The notes under the pieces: model-generated
Databases searched by the model: none
Told to the model about the DNA's origin: nothing
What the model saw: only the letters and a program-made list of their open reading frames with translations
Part shown: positions 1 to 8,883 of the stretch, piece after piece
How positions within the stretch are numbered: the first letter of the stretch is position 1
Layout of the letters: every line of letters starts with the position of its first letter
Made by a program: the position numbers and the translations under genes
NCBI GenBank assembly: GCA_013416795.1
Contig: RQSC01000028.1
Location: 651,138-687,890, forward strand
Direction: 5' to 3'
DNA: 36,753 bases
Source: Prasinococcaceae sp. CCMP 1430
Taxonomy: Eukaryota > Plantae > Prasinodermophyta

Positions 1-1380
1 CACGCGGCGCGCGGCGGCAGCGCGCGCCGGTGCGCGCGGGCGAGCGCGACGCAGACCGGCGTGTCGACCAAGCGCTACGTGCCGCCCGGTGGCGGCCGCA
101 CCGACCTGAGCTGCCAGGAGCTCATCCCCGAATGGGCGCCCCCGCGTCTGGAGAAGGGCCCCACCGTGCTCGACTTCGATGAGGACGGCAACCAGATCGG
201 AGGGTACCTGGCCGACATGGACGTCGCGCGCGAGGCCTTCGAGCCCGCCAAGCCGCGCCCCGCCAACGCGCCTGCGATGCCCGAACGCCCCGAGGACACG
301 GTCGTCCTCATCGGCGGCGCGACAGGCTACATTGGCCGCTTCGTCGTCAAGCAGTGCGTCAAGCGCGGCTACCGCACGTACGCGATGGCGCGCAAGAAGT
401 CGGGACCTGGAGGCGCCAAGTCTGAGGCGGACACCCGCAAGGATCTCGCCGGCGCTGAGCTGGTCTTCTGCGATCCGGTGGACGCCGACGGCTCGAACAT
501 TCAGAAGGTGTTTGATGACCTCAACGCGCAGGGCATCAAGGTGAACGCGGCGATCTCCTGCCTTGCGTCGCGCACGGGAGGCGTGCGCGACTCGTGGGAG
601 GTGGACTACCTGGCGTCCAAGCGCTTGCTGGACTCCCTTCGCGCGCAGGGCGGCGCACACTACACGCTGCTTGGCGCTATCTGCGTGCAGAAGCCCCTGC
701 TCGAGTTCCACCGTGCCAAGCTGGCGCTCTTCGAGTACATGAAGACGCTGGACGACATCGGCTGGACTGACGTGCGCCCCACTGCCTACTTCAAGAGCCT
801 GGTGGCCCCCATCCAGATCGCACGCTGGGGCGGCGCGTACTCGACCTTCGACGGCGGTGCGTCCAACCCCAACAAGGCCATGGCTGAGGAGGAGCTCGCT
901 GACTACATCATCGACTGCTTCACGAAGCCCGAGCAGCAGCAGCGCGCGCTTCCGATTGGCGGACCCGGCCGCGCGCTGGACATCAAGCAGCAGGGGGAGG
1001 TCGTCTTTGAGGCGATGGGCAAGGAGCCCCAGTTCAACGAGGCGCCCATCGGTATCTTCGACGCCATCATCGGGACGCTGTCGTGGCTGGACAAGACGTT
1101 TCCGGGCGGCAAGGATGACTCGTTCCTCAACGGCGCTTTCGAGGACCCCGCCGAGTTCGCGAAGATCGGCAAGTTTTATGCCACCGAGCCCATGCTCGCC
1201 ATCAACCCTAGCACAGGCAAGTATGACCCGGACTTCACCCCCGAGCACGGCACGATCAGCCTGGAGGACTGGCTGCGCAAGGCGGCCACACAGAAGGACG
1301 GTCTGGATGACCAGCTTGAGCAGGGTGCCGGTCTGGCGTCGTTCTCGAATCTGCTCAAGTGGGCGAAGGGCGAGTCGTGA
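1..1380 (+). CDS. DVR: Divinyl chlorophyllide a 8-vinyl-reductase (NADPH-dependent, BciA/plant DVR type); 5' partial
   Basis: Rossmann motif VLIGGATGYIGRFVVK, plus CLASRTGGVRDSWEVDY, AICVQKPLLEFHRAK, RPTAYFKSL, LPIGGPG and AEFAKIGKFYATEPML, all matching plant/BciA DVR. Frame is open from base 1 (Ala/Arg/Ser-rich, transit-peptide-like), so the GTG at 61 is probably internal. Stop TGA at 1378-1380. Confidence 0.92.
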   Translation, partial: HAARGGSARRCARASATQTGVSTKRYVPPGGGRTDLSCQELIPEWAPPRLEKGPTVLDFDEDGNQIGGYLADMDVAREAFEPAKPRPANAPAMPERPEDTVVLIGGATGYIGRFVVKQCVKRGYRTYAMARKKSGPGGAKSEADTRKDLAGAELVFCDPVDADGSNIQKVFDDLNAQGIKVNAAISCLASRTGGVRDSWEVDYLASKRLLDSLRAQGGAHYTLLGAICVQKPLLEFHRAKLALFEYMKTLDDIGWTDVRPTAYFKSLVAPIQIARWGGAYSTFDGGASNPNKAMAEEELADYIIDCFTKPEQQQRALPIGGPGRALDIKQQGEVVFEAMGKEPQFNEAPIGIFDAIIGTLSWLDKTFPGGKDDSFLNGAFEDPAEFAKIGKFYATEPMLAINPSTGKYDPDFTPEHGTISLEDWLRKAATQKDGLDDQLEQGAGLASFSNLLKWAKGES

Positions 1381-1467
1381 GCGCGAAGGGCGCTTGGCGG
1401 ACAGTGATAAGTAAGGCGCCGGTTTCAATTTTTCACTCATCGTGCAGCGAACACAGCAGAGCCCTCT

Positions 1468-4400
1468 TTACAGCTCCTCAGGGTGCTGCGGTGGATGTGG
1501 CTCCTGGGTGCGCGACAGCTGCGGCGGCGGAGGCCGCGGCGGCGGAGGCCGCTGCTGGCGATTCGGCAGCGGCGGCGGAGGCTGCGGCGGCGGAGGCTGC
1601 TGCTGGCGATTCAGCAGCGGTGGCGGCGGTGGCACCGGCCTACCTGGCCTCCGCGCCCGCCGCGACGCCTCGAAGGCCTGGCGGCGCTCGGCGGCCGCGC
1701 GCATTTGCTCCTCTTGGGCGACATCTGTTGGCCCGCGCTCCTCCGTGTCAATCTCTTGGAGAGCATCCGTCGCGTTGAGCTCGGATGCCTCATCTGCCTG
1801 ATCTGTCTGATCAGCAGAGCCTTGCTCGGAGGCGCTGGCCGCATCGGGCACGCTCAGGGTGCCGTCTGCCGGTGGCTCGGGCTCGATGCCACTGGCTTGT
1901 GTGCTTTGTGCGTTTGCCTCGGTCTCCTGAACCTCGGCCTGGGCTGCGATGCCCTCAGGCTCACCGGTGATAGCGGTGGCTGCCGTCGCCGCAGCGGCTA
2001 CAGCTTCCTCTGCTGGGCTCGTCTCGGCTGGCAACGCCTCGGTGGCCATGACAGCATCAGCGTCGGACTCGATCCCATCTTCAACGCGCTCCAGCTCGCC
2101 AGCGGTCGCAGCGGCGTCCGCCGTCTCGACTGCCGCCGTCTCGTCTGCCTCGGCTGCCGCCCCTTCCTCCTCAACACACTCCTCCGCTGCCGCCACCGCC
2201 TCGCCCGCCTCGCCCGCTCCCCCGTCCTCCTGGAGGCCTACCTCCTCGATTGCATCACCCGCCTCGACCGCCGCCCCGTGCTCTTCGAGGCCGTCCTCCA
2301 CGGCAGCCGCTGCCTCAGCCGCCTCAGTCGCAGCCGCAGTGCGCTCGAGCTCCGCCTCCTCGGCTTCCCGCGCGATGCGCTTCTCCTGGTCTGCAGCCTC
2401 TTCGGTGACCTTGACGGCCGCGGCCTCGGCCTCAAGGCGCTCCTGCTCGGCGGCAGCAGCGGTTGCAGCGGCAGCCTCGGCCGCAGCGGCTTGTTCCGCC
2501 TGGCGCTTCTGCGCGGACTTGGCTTTGACGGCCTCAATCGCTCGTGCATCTGCCTCAGCCTGCGCTGCTGCTAGCCGCTCTTCCTCCAGACGTTCGGCCT
2601 CGACCTCGTCAACTGCGTCTGGGACGCTTGCATCTGCGTCGGGAGCAACGCCGCTGCCCTCACTCCCGGAGGCCTCCAGGTCCACGTCGACCTTTGCAGC
2701 TTCGTCAGGCTGCTGTGCGGCGCTTTCGACGGCTCCGTCGCTCGCGGCATTCGACTCGACAGGATCGGCCTCGGCGCCATCCAATGGTGTGGGTGCGTCC
2801 GCATTGGCAACCGCCTCTGCACGCCCAGCGTCCGTGTCGACGATGGCATCGGGAGAGGAGTCGGTTCGCAACATCCCCTCAGCAGGCTCGGGGGGCGCCT
2901 GGACGTGCTCGAGCGGTGCATCTGCGACGGGCACTGCAGGTACTGGAGCAGCGGCCGGCGGTGGCTCCGCCGTCGTCGGATGTAGCAAGACACCTGGATA
3001 CTCGGGAAGAGCTGCGTATTGTGCGCGCAGATCGCTGACGACGCACTTCGGAATCCCCGCCGGCAGGCAGCCAGGTACGTATCCGTACCCGGCGTACAAT
3101 AGCCCCAGGGCCAACACCGAGGTGAGGAACGCGCAGTACAGCACGGCCCCGTTGAAGCCGAGCCTCGACGAAAACGCCACCGACAAAACCAGGGCACCCA
3201 CAGCAGCAGCGGCAAGCATGGGCAGGACCCTCATGCCGTGCACGACGGCGGCGCACGACATGGCGTCCGTCGTGCACTCGGTCATCACGGTCACGACGGA
3301 CGGCACGCAGTGCATCCGCGCGTGAGCGGCAGCACTGAGCGCTTCGCGTGCTTCGGGCCGAGCCGCCAGTCCCGCGGCGCCGATGCCGATGGCAATCATG
3401 AGCACGCTCAGCATGATGGTGAACGTGCGTTTGATCCCGCCGGCCTTCGCTCCAGAGGCGCTGCCAGAAACACCGGCGTTTGTCCCGGTCTCTAATGGCC
3501 CCGCCGGCGCCGGTGGTGGAGGCTTGGTCAGCGCCGCAACGCGTTCCTGTTGCTCCTGCATTGATGCGGGCGACGCACTCGTACGACCGCGTCTGCGCAG
3601 GTGCGACTGCGAAGGCGTACTTGCCGCGGCGGTGAATCCTGGCGGGGTCGAGGTGACCGGCGGCGCGGAAAACATGGGAGGCGGCGTGGTCGCAGCTGTG
3701 TCCGTCGCTGCCTGCACGGAATCGTTGGCCTCAGGCGCGGAGCTCGCCCCAGTGAGCGCTGAGTCGGACGTTGTTGCAGCACCAGCAGCGGTGGCGGGCG
3801 GTGGGGGCATCGCCACTGGCGGAGGCGCCATCGTGACGGCCCGCGGCGGGGCGGACACCGCAGTGTCCTCTGCCTCTGCTGCTGTGAGTGCGTTGTCGAC
3901 CCGCTGCGGCACAGCACCATCCGTCGCCGGTGCGCCCGTCACGTCGCTCTGCGCGCGTGCGCGGATGGTGCCCTCCTCCTGCTGCGCCGTTTGTGCCCTC
4001 GCTCGGTCAGCGGCGTGCCTCGCCGCTTCCGCCATGGAGCGCGCCTGGACCGCCGCGGCCTCAGCGGCCGCGTTCGTGCTCGCGTCCCCCGCGGACACGA
4101 CTCGGTTGCGCTCAAATGTTGCCGCGCGAGTAGGCGCATCACCAAGGCGCACGATGCACGCGCCGTGCAGCTCGTCGGCATCGAATTGGCCCTCGTACGT
4201 TGCGGGCGTCCCGCCCGCCGAGAGCGTACACACGCCCGCACCTGCCCGCTGGCCAGATCGCCATTCGCCGGCGTACCTGCGCGCAGCCCAATGCGTCAGC
4301 GCGCGCGTGCAGGCGGCCCAGGATAACCCCTGTGAGCAGGTTGACTTCGCGTGCTCGCGCACGCGCATGCACAGGCGCGCGAGCTCCGAACACCCTCACA

Positions 4401-4763
4401 CAGTGGGCGGCCGCAGCGGCACGCGCCGCGCCGCGCGACGTACGAGTTGCCTGCTGCCGACACGTACACTCCCACGCCCTCGGCCGCGCCGTCAGCAGCG
4501 GACCACTCTCCCGCGTACACCGACCCATCTGCGTCCACCTGCACGTGCAGTGGCTTCTCCCCCCCAGCATGCGCCACTGCGGGCGCCGCCGCCGCCGGCG
4601 CCGCACCCCGCTGCGCAACACCGCCCGCGTCCTCGCCGCCGGCGAGCGCATCCCGCCGATCGGCACCGTGCCGCGGGGGCTCAACCCGCCACCACGGCGA
4701 CCGCGCCTCTGCCCTCCCCCCCAGCCCCTTTTTTAATTTTATTTTCGGGGATTTTTCAGTCAT
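1468..4763 (-). CDS. MORN-repeat, multi-pass membrane protein with a long Ala/Glu-rich region and Pro-rich C-terminus; exons ~4763-4444 and 4276-1468
   Basis: MORN repeats YAGEWSAADGAAEGVGVY, YAGEWRSGQRAGAGVC and YEGQFDADELHG are joined in frame by a phase-2 GTACGT..CAG intron. Three hydrophobic segments follow. The start ATG at 4763 is the first plausible one and is uncertain. Confidence 0.75.
1505..1635 (-). repeat. 48-bp coding tandem repeat (~3 copies; 16-aa unit PPPPLxNRQQxPPPPx)
   Basis: CTGGCGATTC recurs at 1555 and 1603, and the translation shows the 16-aa periodicity. Confidence 0.85.
4277..4443 (-). other. Spliceosomal intron (167 nt, phase 2) in the MORN gene
   Basis: Donor TC|GTACGT, CTGAC branch-like site and acceptor GCAG|G. 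Splicing restores N-S-Y-A-G-E-W. Confidence 0.85.
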
Positions 4764-5002
4764 AATTCCGCGTAAACTCTTTTTTCTGTCTCTTGCCGGG
4801 CTGGCTGGCGGGAAGCTCGCCCGGACCGACCCACCCACCGCAGCATCGGGGATCGGTACGCGTCGGCGGGGCCCCTTTCGTGGGTCGTTTCCTGGGGTGG
4901 TGGCGAGCGAGCGGCGGGGCGCGCTCGCCTTCCGTCGCGGCTTCCATGCCGAAAATGATCCCACTTCCGAGCGACAGAAAGAAAGGATAGACCCTACAGA
5001 AC

Positions 5003-5011
5003 AAACCCTAA
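5003..5011 (+). promoter_or_regulatory. Telo-box (AAACCCTAA) in the MORN/IQCH divergent promoter
   Basis: Exact match to the plant telo-box consensus between two divergent genes. Confidence 0.45.
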
Positions 5012-5179
5012 TACCAACGCCAACGCCGTCGCCAAACCTTAACACTGGCGAGGACTGAGGGGGCGTTCCATAACGGTCGCACAGCGCGTGCGCGCGCGCG
5101 CGCGCGCCCGGCGCACCCGCCGGCCTACGCGCGGCGGTACGCGGCGGCAGGGCGGCGGGGTGAGGGCGCGGGCGCGGGC

Positions 5180-8100
5180 GTGGGAGGGCGATCGGGCCGG
5201 AGGGGCCGCGCCAAGCCCGCGGCGAGCGCGAGGGAGATCTCCGCCGCGCAGGACGTCGGCCAGGTGCTGCTCGACGCGCTCGCCGACCTGCGGGGGCTGC
5301 GTGACCACGCGGCCAGTGAGAGCACAGATGTGTACGTGCGCGCTCGTGCCTGCAACCGCACGCGCAATCGAGATCGCGACCGCATTCTGATGTGTGTGTG
5401 AGCGCTGCGCTGGCGTGCGCTGGAGCCCACCCCACGGGCGCTGTCACGCGGACCTCAGGAAGCATGGCACGCACGGCGCTCACACTAAGTCGCACGCGCT
5501 TGCAACTGCAGCGACCCACGCATGGATGCCGTGCTCGCTGAGGCCGAGGCACGGCTCAAGAAGCAGGCGGTGATTGTGTCTCGAGTGATACTCGACGGCG
5601 TCGAAGAGCGCGAGCGCGCCGAGCACAAGGCAGCCGCGGCGGGGGCGCCGCCCGCCCCTGCCGTGCGACGCGCCAAGATGTACGCCCAGAAGGAGGCCAC
5701 GCGGCGCGAGGAAGTTGAGGGCGTCATACGCGAGGAGCTGCTGCGCAACCCGCGCTCGGACATCGCGCGCGCGTACCTGCACGATACGTACGGCATCGCG
5801 CTCGGTGCGACGCTGCCGGCGGCGCAGCGTGGCGAGGCCGGCACTTTCGCAGCGACAAAGAGGCCACTGCCAGGAGGCCCTGCCCGCGGCAGGACCTTCC
5901 CTGCTAAGGCCACCGCGCCGCTCTCGGCGACCCTCCGCGCTAGCGACGACGACGATAACGCGCCAACTCCTAATGCCGCCGAATGCTTTCTTGATGAGTC
6001 GCTCCTCGCGACCGGAAAGGGCGTCTACGATCTGATCACGCGCGGTGCGATCAGGCACACGGTCGATCTGAGCGCAACGCTGAGCGGGCATGTGTCCACG
6101 GCCCAAGCCCAGCTACACAGGCCACCAAGTCGCTTCCAACGTGGCGCAGCCGCTTCATCTGGCAAGCAAACAGGTGCCAGCATGAATGCGGCCACGCTGG
6201 CCACCTTGCATCTTGACAAACGCGCGCTGGCCGAGCATGCACGAAAGGATCGCGACGCGTCCGTCGGAGTCCCTGCGGTGCCCGCGTCCGAGAGCACGAC
6301 CGCCGGCGGCGACGCCCGCGGCTTCGAGACGCTGCAGGACGCCTACTCGTTGCACCAATTCATGATTCGAAAGGGCGTGGCTATCAAGGGGACGCCCGAT
6401 TTTTCGAGCTTCGAGCGCGCGCATGCTTCCCAGTGGCAGCCCGTCGCGCGACTTATTCGAAGGCTCGAGGACGCGTGCAAGGAAGCGAAGGTGGGCGTGG
6501 TTCTCGTCGATGGAAAAGCACTGGCGGCGCTCGTGGACGCGTCCGGCGCAGTCGACGTCTCACCCGACGACGCAGCCCTCGTTGCGTGTATCGCCAACGA
6601 ATCAGGACGCGAGCTTCTTCAGTCGACGCTCGGTATCATCGCCGGGCCGACCGCTGCAGACCCTGAGATGGAGGCGAGCACGCGTGAGGCGAAGATGCAA
6701 CAAACGGAGCGCAACAATGCCGCACGCGTGATGCAGCGTGAGTGGCGGTTGTATGCACTGAGGCTTAATCTGCTGCGGCGCGCTGCCCAGAGGCGACTCG
6801 CGCGCCGCGCCACCTTTGCACGGCTGCAGAACGAGTTCTTCGAGCGCTGGGACGACTTGCGCAGCTCGCGGCGCGTAGTGGTGCACATACCTTCTGCGGC
6901 GGGCCGCTGCGGTGCCAGCGGAACCGACCCAGAGGCGCTCACGCGCCAAGGTGGCTTCATGTCTCGACTGTGCTGCGTGTCGGATCCGGATGTCGAATGC
7001 GTACTTGTGACACCCACGCGGATATCGGAGGACGTGTTGAGCTACTACGTGCGGTTGCTTGAGGCGGGCGGCTGCGACAACGTGCGCGCGCGAGTGTGCG
7101 TGGTGAATCCCGAGAATGCGCGACGCCTGCCGCCGGGGCTCAGTCTTGCCAAGCAGCTTCTGTGCTCGCCGGCGGCGCTCAAACGCATACGGACATTCTG
7201 TCGCGGGCGGGAGGCGTACATGGTCCCGCTCGAAAGCGGCGCAGACGAGATGGAGCTGTGTGTAGACCTCGGGGTGCCTCTGCTGGGGACCGATCCCGCG
7301 CTCGCGCAGACCTTTCGGCTGCAGAGCGCCGCAAGGGACATTTTTAAGGCTTCGCAGATGCCAGTAGCGCCTGGGCTGATGGGCGTGCGTAGCGAGGGTG
7401 AGCTGTATGTGGGGCTCGCGGAGCTCATGATCGAGCACCCGCGGACGCAACGATGGCTAGTGAAGCTGGAGGACGACACGCGCGGTAGTGGCCACATGTT
7501 CGTTGATGCGCATGCGATCAAACCGGTGGCGGACATTCTGGCCATCGTGAGCTCGAGCGCGAGGACGTACGCAAGCGGGCAGTCCGAGCGCACGGACGCG
7601 CTCGAAGGACTTGCCGCCGCGCTGCATCGCCACATGCCACGGTGCGCGACAATCGTGCGGCCGCATGGACACGTCAGAGCTGCGAGGCGCGCCGCAGCTG
7701 CGCGCGCGCGCGCGCATAGCTCCCACTCGCGCTGCGGCGGAGGAGGCGGTGGTGACGATATGAGCGGTCTCGAAGAGGTTTCGGAGGGGGGCGAGGGCGT
7801 TGGCATGGCTGAGGCCGACGGTCGGTGGCTTCCCCTCGCATACGTTGGGTACATGACATCTGTTGAGCGCGTGGGATGCGTGGTTGAGGCTGCGCCAAAC
7901 GAGGTGTTGGGCTCGCCTTCGGTGTCGCTGATGGTTGAGCCCACTGGGGACGTGCGCGTGCTATCCGCATGCGAGCAGCTGTTCTGCCCGCCGTATGTGT
8001 GCGTTGGTGCGAGCTTCCCGCAGTCGAGCGTGCCGCACAAGGCGCTGGCTGCTGCTGCTGAGGCTGTGGGCGTAACATGCCACAGCGTGGGCGCGATCGG

Positions 8101-8752
8101 CTACATCGGCGTGGACTTCGTAGCATCGTGCGAGGGGGGCGTGCTGAAGTTGTGGCCGATGGAGCTCCACCTGCGTCAGACGGACTCCCAGGCCATTTAT
8201 GAGTTGTTCGACTTTGTGGCTGCGGGCGAGTACGACCCCGAGGCCGGCGCCTACCGCGTGCCGAGTGTTGACTCCGAGGCTGCTCGCGCGCTCCTGTCGC
8301 GCGATAGAGCGCCGGCGCGAGGCACGGCGCTCGCCGCCACACCCACGAGCAGGCGCGCCTTCGCGGCCGCGCACCACGTGTCGCACCCCGCCATCTCGAG
8401 CCTGCTGTACGCCAACTTCATGCAAGACTGCCGCACGGAGAAAGTATGCTTCGACATGGAAGCCCGCTTGGGAACGGCACTGCATCTGCACGATTCATTG
8501 GCCGCGGGCGCGCTCGGTGTGCTCTGCGTCGCCTCGGAGCCGCGCGCGGCGTTAGTCGCGCTCACGCGCGCGATGGACTTCGTCGTCGCGCAGGTGGAGG
8601 CGCACGTCCGCCCAGGCGCTGCCACGGCCACCGCCGGGGCGCCTGCGGACGCGGAAGAGACGCCGCCCACGCTGCAGGCCGTGCACGGCACCCTGCGCTT
8701 CCTCTCGCAAAGTCTGAGCGAGCAGCCGGCGGTCGCCGCGCTGGCGGGGTGA
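5180..8752 (+). CDS. IQCH: IQ motif-containing protein H homolog; exons ~5180/5252-5331 and 5512-8752, start unresolved
   Basis: IQ-like AARVMQREWRLY, then RRVVVHIPS, SRLCCVSDPDVECV, PENARRLPPGLSLAKQLLCSP and VEPTGDVRVLS, as in IQCH. The upstream exon QDVGQVLLDALADLRGLRD resembles the IQCH N-terminal helix and splices in frame. Stop TGA at 8750-8752. Confidence 0.85.
5332..5511 (+). other. Spliceosomal intron (180 nt, phase 2) in IQCH
   Basis: Donor GT|GTACGT and acceptor CTGCAG|C; the join reads S-T-D-V-D-P-R-M-D-A-V. Confidence 0.7.
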
Positions 8753-8828
8753 GCGATCCCCCTTGGCCGGCACGCGCGTACCCTTTGCGCGCTGGAGGGA
8801 GCTGGAGGAAGCCTGCGGCCCGTCCTGC

Positions 8829-8833
8829 TGTAA
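8829..8833 (+). terminator. Putative TGTAA polyadenylation signal of IQCH
   Basis: TGTAA lies about 75 nt after the stop; UGUAA is the established chlorophyte poly(A) signal. Confidence 0.5.
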
Positions 8834-8883
8834 CACGATCACATCGAAGTGGCACACCCGCGTCCTCCGTGCAAAACAGTACG

